Positions 36,573 through 46,189 of a DNA stretch of 64,000 nt are shown here, in pieces. Numbering within the stretch: position 1 is the first letter of the stretch; each line of letters begins with the position of its first letter. The position numbers and the translations under genes are program-made. The notes below the pieces were generated by a model. It saw nothing but the letters and a program-made list of their open reading frames with translations. It was not told the DNA's origin and ran no database searches. Source of the DNA: Thermoproteota archaeon (lineage in GTDB: Archaea > Thermoproteota > Nitrososphaeria_A > Caldarchaeales > Calditenuaceae). Location of the stretch: NCBI GenBank assembly GCA_030550155.1, contig JAUQPZ010000004.1, forward strand, positions 1,298 through 65,297, written 5' to 3'.

Positions 36573-36655
36573 GAGACACCACTATGCTAGTATTAGGCCT
36601 CGGCCTCAATTATATCTATCTCCATGTAATCGTTTAGGGAGGTGTTCTGAGGAGA

Positions 36656-37597
36656 TTGGCCGGTATAGTTGCGGCGGAGGTTAGCGGCGTAGATTATGCA
36701 GAGGATGGGGTGCAGGTGCTTAGCGGCGTAAGCCTCATGGTCTTCAAGGGAGAGATTATGGCGCTCCTGGGGTATCCGGAGGGAAATGCGCTACTGGGCC
36801 TGTTGGCTGGGGTGTGTGGGCCTTCAGGCGGCGCTGTGAGGGTTTTCGGCCTCGACCCTTACGCGGAGAAAAGCGGGGTTCTCGGAAGAATCGGCTATCT
36901 ACCGTCCGACGCTAGGCTCCCTCCAGATGCGAGCCCCAAGACTCTTGCTCAAGTAGTAGGGTCCATCCACGGTATTGGCCAGAAGGAGGCCGTAGAGCGG
37001 ATGAGAAATATTTTGAGGCGTCTCGATAAGTCGGACATCCTGGAGAGGAGGATTGGAAGCCTCCCGGCCGAGGACAGGCATTTGGTTGCTGTAGCTCTGG
37101 TCATGATTCGTGACGCGGAGTTGCTGCTCCTCGCTAATCCGCTTAGGATTCTAGGCCCCTTAGCCCGTCTGGGTCTCTCCACGCTCCTACGGGAATACGC
37201 CTCTAAAGAGCGCGCCGTCGCGCTCACCGTTGACTCTGTGGAGGAGGCTGAGTTTACGGATAGGTTGATTATCTTGAAGGATGGCAGGATAGCTGCTGCG
37301 GGGCCGATTGAGGAGCTTTCAAGGACTATAGGTGCGGAGAACTACCTGGTGTTACGGGCGATGAACACGCGGTTGGCCTTGGATTATCTGGGTAAGATTT
37401 CGCAGGTTAAGAAATTCTCGGTCTCTCGCGACGGCTCGATAAAGGTCTGGCTGAGAGACTTTGAGTCCGACCTACCTGTCGTCCTAGATCTCCTATTATC
37501 GCTCGGCCTGGGGGTCAAGTTGCTGGATGTGAGAAGAGTTGAGACTCATGTGGCGCTCCTGAACTATCTTAAGGGTAAACGCGTCTCTAGGAGGTGA
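36656..37597 (+). CDS. ABC-ATPase-fold protein with degenerate catalytic motifs
   Basis: The Walker A position reads LLGYPEGNALLGLL and has no Lys. The signature position reads IGSLPAEDRH instead of LSGGQ. The Walker B position reads ELLLLANP. The overall order and C-terminal domain resemble ABC-2-type ATPases. Confidence 0.5.
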   Translation: MAGIVAAEVSGVDYAEDGVQVLSGVSLMVFKGEIMALLGYPEGNALLGLLAGVCGPSGGAVRVFGLDPYAEKSGVLGRIGYLPSDARLPPDASPKTLAQVVGSIHGIGQKEAVERMRNILRRLDKSDILERRIGSLPAEDRHLVAVALVMIRDAELLLLANPLRILGPLARLGLSTLLREYASKERAVALTVDSVEEAEFTDRLIILKDGRIAAAGPIEELSRTIGAENYLVLRAMNTRLALDYLGKISQVKKFSVSRDGSIKVWLRDFESDLPVVLDLLLSLGLGVKLLDVRRVETHVALLNYLKGKRVSRR

Positions 37598-37648
37598 GCC
37601 GGCCTGATAGGGCTGGAGCTAAGAGTATTCTTCAGCTCGTTTTACAGG

Positions 37649-38287
37649 GTGGCGGCCTTGGTTGCCGCTCCAGTGGTTCCTCTCCTCCTGCATCTTGGTG
37701 GAATGGTTGGAAGGGATGCGGTTGAGCCCCTATTCATACTGGTCTATCAGTTCCTAGCCATGACGCTTTACCCATGGTCTACCGCGGCTCTGACCGGCGG
37801 CTGGAAACTGTTCTGGCTTATTCGTCCGGCAGACTCTGCAGACTACATATCCATCAACTATGCGGCCTTCTTCGCCGCCACCGCCTCTCTCCCACTCATG
37901 GTCTTCCACGCATTGCTCTACCTGACTATGCCTAGCTATCTGGGGCCTCAAACACCCCTGATCATGCTTTTCAGCTTGACCATAGGCATGCTCCACCAGT
38001 CGCTGGCGCTGCTGCTATTGTCCTCGCTCCCCAGCACTGGGTATGGGTGGGCCTTCACGCTTCTTTACCAGGCGCTTCTCCACCCACTAGCTTTCTCGCT
38101 TCTCACGCATGGCTGGTCCCAGCCCTACACCTTCTTGGCCATCTTCTTTCCAGCACTCGTCGCAGTCATGCCTCCCCCGGCGCTAGAATGGCTCTACCTA
38201 GCCATAGCCCTCTGCCTCGCCGCCTCCCTCCTCTTCACGTATCTGTTCGCGGATAGGATGGTTAGACCTCAAGCCCTGTTAAGATAG
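37649..38287 (+). CDS. Integral membrane protein (putative permease partner of the degenerate ABC-like protein)
   Basis: 212 aa, ~6 TM helices. Co-directional, 50 nt downstream. Confidence 0.45.
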   Translation: MAALVAAPVVPLLLHLGGMVGRDAVEPLFILVYQFLAMTLYPWSTAALTGGWKLFWLIRPADSADYISINYAAFFAATASLPLMVFHALLYLTMPSYLGPQTPLIMLFSLTIGMLHQSLALLLLSSLPSTGYGWAFTLLYQALLHPLAFSLLTHGWSQPYTFLAIFFPALVAVMPPPALEWLYLAIALCLAASLLFTYLFADRMVRPQALLR

Positions 38288-38329
38288 GCCGTAACTTAAT
38301 AAATGGTCTGTCTGTGAGTCTCTAATGGA

Positions 38330-39211
38330 TTGGCGATACTGGTAGACCGCAACACGCGGGTCTTGGTTCAGGGAATAACGGGGAGGCAGGGCAGCTTCCA
38401 CTCAGAGGCCATGCTGCGATATGGGACTAAGATCGTGGCGGGCGTCACGCCTGGAAAAGGTGGAACTACGGTTCACGGCGTTGCTGTTTATGACACCGTG
38501 GCGGAGGCAGTCGCTGAGCACCCGGAGATAAATACGTCTATCGTCTTTGTCCCTGCGGCGCAGTCGGTAGACGCCTGCTACGAGGCCATCGACGCCGGGA
38601 TTAAGCTCATAGTCGTCATAACTGATGGAATCCCGACTCACTGGACGATGCAGTTGGTAAGATATGCCTCGCTGAGGGGTGTTAGGATCATCGGGCCGAA
38701 CACGCCGGGCATCATAACTCCGGGTGAGTGCAAGGTAGGTATAATGCCTGGCGCGGTCTTTAGCCCCGGCCCCGTTGGTGTTGTCTCTAGGAGCGGCACG
38801 CTGACATATGAGATTGCGCAGGCCCTCACGGAGAGGGGCATAGGTCAGAGCACGTGTCTCGGTATTGGAGGGGATGCTGTGGTGGGAACAAGCTTCATCC
38901 AGGTATTTGAGATGATGAGGCGTGACCCTATGACTCGGTGTGTGGTCTTGATCGGCGAGATTGGCGGAGACGCGGAGGAGAGAGTTGCGGAATACATTGT
39001 GAGGGAGAAGTTTGAGAAGCCCGTCGTCGCCTATATCGCGGGCCGGACAGCGCCGCCGGGTAAGAGAATGGGCCACGCAGGGGCAATCATCTCGCTTGGC
39101 GTGGGTGATGCTTTAACGAAGATGGCGAGGCTGAGGGAGGCCGGAGTAAGGGTCGCGGAAACGCCTGGTGATGTTGCGAAGCGGGTGGAGGAAGTCCTGA
39201 GAACGAGTTAG
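38330..39211 (+). CDS. sucD: Succinyl-CoA synthetase (ADP-forming) alpha subunit
   Basis: AILVDRNTRVLVQGITGRQGSFH...GTKIVAGVTPGKGG and the phosphohistidine loop region. 293 aa. Confidence 0.8.
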   Translation: MAILVDRNTRVLVQGITGRQGSFHSEAMLRYGTKIVAGVTPGKGGTTVHGVAVYDTVAEAVAEHPEINTSIVFVPAAQSVDACYEAIDAGIKLIVVITDGIPTHWTMQLVRYASLRGVRIIGPNTPGIITPGECKVGIMPGAVFSPGPVGVVSRSGTLTYEIAQALTERGIGQSTCLGIGGDAVVGTSFIQVFEMMRRDPMTRCVVLIGEIGGDAEERVAEYIVREKFEKPVVAYIAGRTAPPGKRMGHAGAIISLGVGDALTKMARLREAGVRVAETPGDVAKRVEEVLRTS

Positions 39212-39214
39212 AGC

Positions 39215-40372
39215 TTATCTGGAGAAGCTCTCATCAATTATGCCGTCAACGGCCTCGTAGTCCAGCTTCATTCCATACTCGCTGAGCACGTTGCAGAGCG
39301 CCTTCATTGTGGTCTTCGTCCTCTCCGCGGTCACCTGCCCCATGCTCCCTATGCGAATAATCCTACCCTTCAGCTTAGAAACACCAACACCCACGTGGAC
39401 ACCATGCTTCTCCGCCATCTTTTTCGCTACATCGGCATCGCGGATATGGTCTGGAAGCTGTACAGCTATCAGTGTTGGAGACCTGTAGGGGGGTAGCGGG
39501 TAAATCTCGAGTTCCAGCTCGCTTAAGGACTTGTAGAAGGCCTGGGCGCCCCTTCTGTGCCTGTCAATCCAATTCTCAACGCCTATCTCGAGCAGCTTGT
39601 CGAGAGAGGAGTTAAGGCCATAAAAGAGGCTTATCGCTGGAGTGAAAGGCGTCTCACCCCGCGACATAAACTCCCTATGAGCGACCAAGTCGAAGTAAGC
39701 AGGCCTCTTCTTTAGGGACTCAATCTTCTCCCAAGCCCTCTCTGAAACGGCGACGAGCGACAGCCCCGGAGGCCCGGCGAGACACTTCTGAGTGCCAGCC
39801 AACAACAAGTCTATTCCCGCGTCGTCAAATTTCAGGGGCACACCACCCAGCGACGTCACCGCGTCCAAGACCAGCAGGGCGTCTGCCCGCCTACACTCGC
39901 GCGCGATCTCCTCTACGTTTGGGGCCAGTCCTCCGGTAGAGGTCTCGTTATGAACCAGCAACACGACATCCACGTCACCGTTTTCTTGGATGCCTCTTCT
40001 CACATCCTCGACTGTTGGCGCTCTTCTCCATGGAACCTCCGCGACGACGACGTTATCGGAATAGTATCGCGCGGCCTCGGCCATTCTTTCGCCGAACTGG
40101 CCTCCGACGAGCGCCAAGACCTTGTCTCCGCTTCTTATCGTGTTTGAGAGAGCGGCCTCTACACCCCCGGTTCCCGAGCAGGTCAGTAGAAAGACATCTT
40201 GCTTCGTGCCTATGACCTTCTTGAGCTTCTCTATGAGGGCTACGTGGAATTCGCGGAACCTCTGCCCCCTGTGGTTTATAAGCGGCTGGGACATGGCCTC
40301 GTAAGCCTCTAAGGGAATATCGGTTGGGCCTGGAAGCATCAATATATCCCGTCTTTTCTCGGCCTGCGTCAC
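39215..40372 (-). CDS. Class-V PLP-dependent aminotransferase (serine-pyruvate/alanine-glyoxylate or phosphoserine aminotransferase type)
   Basis: N-terminal LMLPGPTDIP (class-V PGP motif) and the fold layout typical of AGXT/SerC-like enzymes. 385 aa. Confidence 0.75.
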   Translation of the reverse strand: MTQAEKRRDILMLPGPTDIPLEAYEAMSQPLINHRGQRFREFHVALIEKLKKVIGTKQDVFLLTCSGTGGVEAALSNTIRSGDKVLALVGGQFGERMAEAARYYSDNVVVAEVPWRRAPTVEDVRRGIQENGDVDVVLLVHNETSTGGLAPNVEEIARECRRADALLVLDAVTSLGGVPLKFDDAGIDLLLAGTQKCLAGPPGLSLVAVSERAWEKIESLKKRPAYFDLVAHREFMSRGETPFTPAISLFYGLNSSLDKLLEIGVENWIDRHRRGAQAFYKSLSELELEIYPLPPYRSPTLIAVQLPDHIRDADVAKKMAEKHGVHVGVGVSKLKGRIIRIGSMGQVTAERTKTTMKALCNVLSEYGMKLDYEAVDGIIDESFSR

Positions 40373-40466
40373 TGCTTCGGCGTCGATAGCTATAAACCAA
40401 ATAATAAACCGTTATTTCGCAAAACTAATGATACGATAAAATTGAGGCTCACATAGTTTAGACGTA

Positions 40467-41393
40467 TTGGACGGGGGGTTGGCGAGGGTCCTCGTAGCAT
40501 GCCCTTTCAACGACGCGGCCCTGAAAACTCTCCTAAGGGGGGACATAAACGTGGACTATAGGCCTACGATGTCTCAGCAGGAGCTAGACCAAGTCTATAC
40601 CGACTATGACGCCTTAGTAGTTAGGGGTAATCTGCGGGTCAGGCCTCTCAAGGGTAAAGGTAGTCTCAAAGTCATAGTTAGGGCTGGGGCGGGCTTGGAT
40701 AACATCGCTGTCGAAGAGTTCGAGAAGCTCGGGGTTAAAGTCTTCAACACTCCTGACGCGGTTGCCGAGTCCGTGGGTGAGCTGGTCATAGGCCTCATGA
40801 TCAGCCTCTCGCGAGGTGTTTTCAAGGCCGCCTCCGCGCTATGCCGTGGCGAGTGGCTGAAGCACGGCCTCATGGGTCAGGAGCTCTCTGGCAAGACGCT
40901 TGGGATCATAGGTTTCGGCAGAATCGGGCATGTGGTCGCGAAGATAGCTCACGCGATAGGGATGAGAATCCTAGTTTACGACATAGTCAAGTTCCCGGAG
41001 GAGGAGCTGAGGCTCTACGGGGCTGAGCAGGTCAGCCTCGAAAAACTACTTTCGGAGTCTGATTATGTCTCGGTGCATACCCCCCTGACAGGTGAGACGA
41101 GAAACATGCTGGGCGAGCGGGAGCTGAGAGCCATGAAGAGGACCGCCTACCTAATCAACACGGCGAGGGGCCACATAGTAGACCAGGAGGCGCTTAAGAA
41201 CGCCTTGAAGGAGGGATGGATAGCAGGGGCAGCACTTGACGTCTTCAGCGAGGAGCCACCGAAAGACTTGGAGCTACTCAGCATCCCCAACCTCATACCC
41301 ACACCACATATTGGTGCGCAGACCAGGGAGGCTCAGGAGCGGGCCTCCTTCGAGGCTGCAGGGATTCTGGTGAGGGAGCTGAAGGGAAGTTGA
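40467..41393 (+). CDS. D-isomer-specific 2-hydroxyacid dehydrogenase (SerA-like; hydroxypyruvate/glyoxylate reductase or 3-PG dehydrogenase, no ACT domain)
   Basis: NAD Rossmann GIIGFGRIGHVVA, catalytic Arg/Glu/His region (NTARG ... TPHIGA). 308 aa. Confidence 0.75.
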   Translation: MDGGLARVLVACPFNDAALKTLLRGDINVDYRPTMSQQELDQVYTDYDALVVRGNLRVRPLKGKGSLKVIVRAGAGLDNIAVEEFEKLGVKVFNTPDAVAESVGELVIGLMISLSRGVFKAASALCRGEWLKHGLMGQELSGKTLGIIGFGRIGHVVAKIAHAIGMRILVYDIVKFPEEELRLYGAEQVSLEKLLSESDYVSVHTPLTGETRNMLGERELRAMKRTAYLINTARGHIVDQEALKNALKEGWIAGAALDVFSEEPPKDLELLSIPNLIPTPHIGAQTREAQERASFEAAGILVRELKGS

Positions 41394-41455
41394 GCGGCCT
41401 CCACGGCCCCTTTACGGTGCTGCAGGGAGGTTTAGTGTAGCGGCTCCGCGGGCAT

Positions 41456-42997
41456 TTGCTTAAATATTCTACGCGCTCCAGTAAAAATGTGCCTAGTTCG
41501 GCTGGAACCCGTCTTCAGATACTCCTAACAACGCTCCTCATAGCAGTCTCGCTGTCGCTCCCCAACGCATATGCCACAGCCTACAACATCGGCGTGGAGG
41601 ATGCGAGGATTAAGGTTAGACTCACATATCCGCCTGAAGTCGAGATAGGCTCCTGCTTCAACCTCCAGATAGAAGTCACGGCGCTCTCAGCTCTCGACGA
41701 CCTTTACCTCCACCTCAAGATAACATACTTCTATGACTCAGCCAGTCAGACGCTCTTCAACAGCGTGCTGATAAACACGGTCGACGTGGCGTCCCCAGGT
41801 GTTGTCCTATTCAGAAACATAGGCCTCTGCATCCCCTCACCCACCGCAGTCGATCCCTGGCTCGAGGCCAGGCTGACGCTCAAATACCTCATAGACACCA
41901 CCCCGGTCGAGTTCACCAACACGTTCTATTTAAGCACGGTGAGGCGAACCTCCTATGAGAGACTTTCAAGCATGCTCGCCGACGCCAACAGAGAGTTGTC
42001 GCGGCTCAGGTCCGAGGTTGAGAAGCTGAGGTCCGAGGTCGTGTCTCTCAAGACAAGGCTTGACGAGGCTGCATCCAGAGAGGACGCCTTGAAGGCTAAG
42101 ATAGAGGAGCTGACGCGGATAAGAGAGGAACTGGAGAAAAAGGTGAGCGAGCTCCAAGCCATCAAGTCTGACCTAGAGGCGCGGCTCGCCGACCTATCGA
42201 GAAAATACGACAAGTTGCTCACAGAGGACGCGGCCCTCCAAGAGAGACATAAAAGCCTCATGGACAGCTACGCCCTCCTGCAGAAGAGCTACGAGGAGCT
42301 CAGAAGAGACTACGACGCAGTCTCAAGAGACTTGGCATCGACCACAAGCCTCTACAACGACTTAGCGTCCAGACATGAATCGCTGAGGGCGTCCTACGAG
42401 AGCTCGGTCAAGACCGTGGGCCAGCTGCAGGGCTCCCTCTCCGAGCTCGAGAGGCAGAGAGATGTTTTAGAGGCCATGCTCGCCCAAGTCACGGGTGAGA
42501 GCGGATTCTTCAGGAGCGTGGCAGTCGGGCAGGGAGTGGGGTTGGTCGCCTTGGGTGGAGGGGTTGCTGCGTGGATACTGCTTAGAAGGAGGGGGAGGCA
42601 GAGCCCAGCCCAGCAGCCGGTAGCAGCGCCGCCGCCTCCTCCTCCCGCACAGCCAGCCAGCACAGCGCTCAGCAACCCGCCGCCAGCCCAAACAGCTACC
42701 GCGCCTCCAGCCCACCAGCAGCAGCCTGAGGCTCAACCAGAGCAGGACAGCGAGGTCGTTCAGAAGGTCATCTCGGGCAGACGCGTCACAATCCCATCGC
42801 GCCTAGCTGACAGGCTCGGAATCGGGATAGGAGATCACGTAAAGATTGGCCTGCTCGGCGACAAGATAGTTCTGATGCCGATTAGGGCTAACGGAGCATC
42901 TTCTCAGCAGTCTCCTGAGCCTGCCTCACGGTCTCCACACTCTTCAAGAACTCGCGGCGCTCAGACTCATCAAGATCAAGAACAATTATCCCTCTGA
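41456..42997 (+). CDS. Membrane-anchored coiled-coil protein with C-terminal AbrB/MazE/SpoVT-type swapped-hairpin domain
   Basis: Predicted signal peptide (ILLTTLLIAVSLSLPNAYA), then a ~130-aa beta domain. A ~200-aa heptad coiled coil follows (RLRSEVEKLRSEV...). One TM helix (VGLVALGGGVAAWILL) comes next. A Pro/Gln/Ala-rich linker then leads to RRVTIPSRLADRLGIGIGDHVKIGLLGDKIVLMP. Confidence 0.55.
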   Translation: MLKYSTRSSKNVPSSAGTRLQILLTTLLIAVSLSLPNAYATAYNIGVEDARIKVRLTYPPEVEIGSCFNLQIEVTALSALDDLYLHLKITYFYDSASQTLFNSVLINTVDVASPGVVLFRNIGLCIPSPTAVDPWLEARLTLKYLIDTTPVEFTNTFYLSTVRRTSYERLSSMLADANRELSRLRSEVEKLRSEVVSLKTRLDEAASREDALKAKIEELTRIREELEKKVSELQAIKSDLEARLADLSRKYDKLLTEDAALQERHKSLMDSYALLQKSYEELRRDYDAVSRDLASTTSLYNDLASRHESLRASYESSVKTVGQLQGSLSELERQRDVLEAMLAQVTGESGFFRSVAVGQGVGLVALGGGVAAWILLRRRGRQSPAQQPVAAPPPPPPAQPASTALSNPPPAQTATAPPAHQQQPEAQPEQDSEVVQKVISGRRVTIPSRLADRLGIGIGDHVKIGLLGDKIVLMPIRANGASSQQSPEPASRSPHSSRTRGAQTHQDQEQLSL

Positions 42998-43817
42998 CCC
43001 CGCTCGAGCCGAGAACAACAGGGACCACTACGCAGACGCCATCCACACCATACTCCCCCCTCAGATAGACGGACGAGGGAATCACAGCGTTAGTGTCCTT
43101 TATTATGGCCTCAGCCATCAAAGCTACCCCCGCTCCCGGCGCGTGGCTCGCCGACCATCCCTTGAGAGAGATAACTTCGGCTCCAGCCCTCCTCGTTTTT
43201 TCGACCAGCTCCGACGTCTTCTCAGCTGTGAGTAGCGAGGTTAGTGGCTTTCCCAGCACGTGAGTCAGGCGGGGTAGAAGGACCATGCTGTCCCCGTGCT
43301 CGCCGATTATTGGGCCGATGACTGAGCTCCGTGAGACCCCTAGCTCCCTGGCGACAAGGTATCTGAACCTCCCGAAGTCTAGCAGGCCGCTGAACCCTAC
43401 CACTCTCTCCCTCTCAAACCCCGTCTTTCTTAGAGCCACATAGGTCATGGCGTCGAGGGGGTTGGTGACTACTATAACGTTGGAGCTAGGTGCGTGCTCC
43501 CTGATCTTCTCCGCAACATCCGAGACTATGGATGTGTTTTTCTGGAGCAGGTCGAGTCTCGTCATATCAGCCCGCCTAACAATCCCCGCAGTTATTACGG
43601 CCAAATCAGCCCCCGCCATATCTCTGTAGTCGTTCGAGCCCGTAACCTCGACGTCTATCCCGAGTATCGAAGCCATGTGCGAGAGGTCGAGCGCCTCACC
43701 CTGCGGCAGCCCCTGAATGATGTCTATCAAGACGATATCTCCCAGCTCCTTCAAAAGCACGTGTAGCGCTGCTGAAACACCGACTCTGCCACAACCCACA
43801 ACTCCTATCAGAGGCAC
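42888..43817 (-). CDS. mdh: Malate/L-lactate dehydrogenase (LDH-like MDH family)
   Basis: Rossmann GVVGCGRVGVSAA at the N-terminus and the LDH/MDH catalytic loop region. 309 aa. Confidence 0.8.
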   Translation of the reverse strand: MPLIGVVGCGRVGVSAALHVLLKELGDIVLIDIIQGLPQGEALDLSHMASILGIDVEVTGSNDYRDMAGADLAVITAGIVRRADMTRLDLLQKNTSIVSDVAEKIREHAPSSNVIVVTNPLDAMTYVALRKTGFERERVVGFSGLLDFGRFRYLVARELGVSRSSVIGPIIGEHGDSMVLLPRLTHVLGKPLTSLLTAEKTSELVEKTRRAGAEVISLKGWSASHAPGAGVALMAEAIIKDTNAVIPSSVYLRGEYGVDGVCVVVPVVLGSSGVRGIIVLDLDESERREFLKSVETVRQAQETAEKMLR

Positions 43818-43871
43818 GCCTCCTATATGATGAACAATTAAATTAAGGTATTCTACAAGGATCTACAATCT

Positions 43872-44780
43872 ATGTCATGGATGCTCGTGGCGGCTCTCTC
43901 AAGGGGTGTCTATATAGTTGAGACTGGCGGCCTCGGATATCCGAATACTGTCGCGGCCTACATAGTGGCAGGAGAGAAGTACTCAGCCATAATAGATACC
44001 GGATACGCATCGTCGGCCAGACGCGTAGCGTCAGCAATCGTCGAGTCAGGAGTCGCGAGCAACCTCCGCTACATAATACCCACGCACGCCCATCTAGACC
44101 ACTGCGGCGCAACGAGCGAGTTAGCCTCCATCTTCAAGGGCTCAAGAGTCTATGCCCACGAGCGGGCCCTACCCCATCTAATCAACCCCTCGAGACTGCT
44201 AGAGAGCGTGAAGTCAATCTACGAAGAGCACATATTAGCGGCTATGGGCGGCATGAAGCCTCTCGACGAGTCACTCTCCCAAGTCATGGAGGACGGTGAG
44301 GAGATAGACCTGGGCGGCGTGACAATCCGCTCAATATACACCCATGGACATGCGCCACATCACCTCTCAATCCAAATAGTGGAGAAAGGATACATAGCGA
44401 CGGGCGACGCGGTCCCATCTAGATACCCGTTCACCGGATACTTCATCCCCAACACCGTCCCCCCGAAATACGACCTAGACCAAGCCCTGAGGAGCATCGG
44501 GAAGATCTTTGAGCTGGAGCCAAGGCTCCTGCTAACTCCGCACTACGGCCCGATCTTCCCCTCACCCGAGCTCCAAGGGAAATACGAAGAGGTGATAGTT
44601 GGGTCCGTCGAGCTTGCGAGGAGGTTGATAAATGGGGGCGGAGGCGTTGAGGAGATAAGGTCGAGCCTCGTGACCTACCTGACAGGCCAGCGGGTCTTCT
44701 CCATGCTCCACCCATATATCCAGTCAGCCATCAAGCTCTCAGCCTTAGCACTCTACCAAACCTACAAGTCATCCACGTAG
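43872..44780 (+). CDS. Metallo-beta-lactamase-fold hydrolase
   Basis: HxHxDH motif THAHLDHCG. 302 aa. Confidence 0.75.
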   Translation: MSWMLVAALSRGVYIVETGGLGYPNTVAAYIVAGEKYSAIIDTGYASSARRVASAIVESGVASNLRYIIPTHAHLDHCGATSELASIFKGSRVYAHERALPHLINPSRLLESVKSIYEEHILAAMGGMKPLDESLSQVMEDGEEIDLGGVTIRSIYTHGHAPHHLSIQIVEKGYIATGDAVPSRYPFTGYFIPNTVPPKYDLDQALRSIGKIFELEPRLLLTPHYGPIFPSPELQGKYEEVIVGSVELARRLINGGGGVEEIRSSLVTYLTGQRVFSMLHPYIQSAIKLSALALYQTYKSST

Positions 44781-45658
44781 CTGAAACTAACCCCGCCCGC
44801 CCCTATCTCGACGACAGCCGGCCTAATACCGTAAAATCTGCACGAGAAAACCGTGTAGAGCCTTCCCCTGAAAAGCGCCTCAACACCATTCTCCACAGGT
44901 TCATGAGCTCTAACAAGCCTCTCACACCCACTAGCCTCCAAGAACCTCTCAAGAGCCCTTCTGCCGAAGACTCTCGCAAACCCTCCCCGCGGGCTCGGCC
45001 CGAACTCCTCAACCCACTCCCGAGGGTCGTTCCAGAGCGCCTGAAAGACCACGGGGTCCTCGACGTCCTCCCCCTGCTTCCCCCGAGAAGCCACCTCGCC
45101 TATGGAGGAGGCTCCCTCAGGGACTCCGCCGTGAAGGAGGATTGTGGAGCGGCTGAACACCGCGCCTATGGGGAGTGTAGAGTAGAGCCTGCCGAATAGC
45201 CCGTAGAAGCCTGAGCCTAGTCTGCGCGAAACCACGTCATAGAAGCCGTAATACATGTTCATCTCCCTCGACTCGTGGTTCCCCCTGACGAGGAAAACCC
45301 TCCCCGGCTCCCCTGCCTTGGCCTCCAAAAGCCTCACGATGTTCTCCAGCTGATAGGGGCCTCTATCCACAAAGTCACCTAGAAACACTATGACGCCGCG
45401 GGAAATCCTGTCCAATACCCGCTCAGTGGTCTCCAGGTCTCCGTGAGTATCGCCAACAATTACCGCGCCGCGTGCATCAATCTCCAAGATAGAGCTCTCC
45501 GCGGAGAGGACTGGGGCTGCGTCCTCAAGAGCCCTCTTTACACGGGACAGACTTAGAGACAAGACACCACAAGAAACATGATCCCCCGATATTTCTGGAT
45601 AACCTGACTCGCCACAGCCGTAAAGAAGAGCGTAAGAGGTCTCTAGATCTCCAACCAC
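44762..45658 (-). CDS. PPP-family serine/threonine protein phosphatase (calcineurin-like metallophosphoesterase)
   Basis: GDTHGD, GDFVDRG and GNHE motifs in canonical order. 298 aa. Confidence 0.75.
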   Translation of the reverse strand: MVGDLETSYALLYGCGESGYPEISGDHVSCGVLSLSLSRVKRALEDAAPVLSAESSILEIDARGAVIVGDTHGDLETTERVLDRISRGVIVFLGDFVDRGPYQLENIVRLLEAKAGEPGRVFLVRGNHESREMNMYYGFYDVVSRRLGSGFYGLFGRLYSTLPIGAVFSRSTILLHGGVPEGASSIGEVASRGKQGEDVEDPVVFQALWNDPREWVEEFGPSPRGGFARVFGRRALERFLEASGCERLVRAHEPVENGVEALFRGRLYTVFSCRFYGIRPAVVEIGAGGVSFSYVDDL

Positions 45659-45716
45659 CTAGGCCAAACCCCGAAAAAAAGCAAGCCAAATATTCGACAA
45701 CCTACACTCAAAAAGC

Positions 45717-46145
45717 ATGAGGCCGAGAAGACTAAAGCTGGAAGAACTTCTGAAAATCCTGGTCGAGGAGCATGAGGTGGTCAGGGGACGCCTCACCAGG
45801 CTCCACACACTCCTCGAGCGAGACAAGCACGCCGAGGCGGCGGAGGAGCTCAAGGGATTCAAGCCATACCTCGACCAGCATATAATCGACGAAGAAGCAA
45901 CAGTTTTGAAACTCCTCATCGATTCCTTGGGAAGAGAGGGAGCGACTCGAGCTATACAGGTCTTCCAAGAGCACAGAGAGATACATCAGCTAATATCTGA
46001 GATGCAGGCCATAGCCGAGACGGCCCCCGAGAGGCTTGCCGAGATGAAGAGCAGGCTGGCAGAAATCCTCGAGAGACACTTTAGGGCCGAGGAGACCGAG
46101 GTCTTTCCATGGGCTCTAAAACTCTACAAGGATAAAGGAGGCTAG
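45717..46145 (+). CDS. Hemerythrin-like (HHE cation-binding) domain protein
   Basis: Repeated H/E spacing (HEVV..., HIIDEE, HREIH, HFRAEE) in a 4-helix-bundle-sized 142-aa protein. Confidence 0.55.
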   Translation: MRPRRLKLEELLKILVEEHEVVRGRLTRLHTLLERDKHAEAAEELKGFKPYLDQHIIDEEATVLKLLIDSLGREGATRAIQVFQEHREIHQLISEMQAIAETAPERLAEMKSRLAEILERHFRAEETEVFPWALKLYKDKGG

Positions 46146-46189
46146 ATGAGGTAAACCCGTCGGCCCCCCACCTCACACACTAGGCGGAC

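Noticed and set aside
38402-39076. 224-aa minus-strand ORF inside sucD
   Set aside because: It is antisense to a gene with clear SucD motifs. Its Arg/Asp-rich composition is typical of shadow ORFs.
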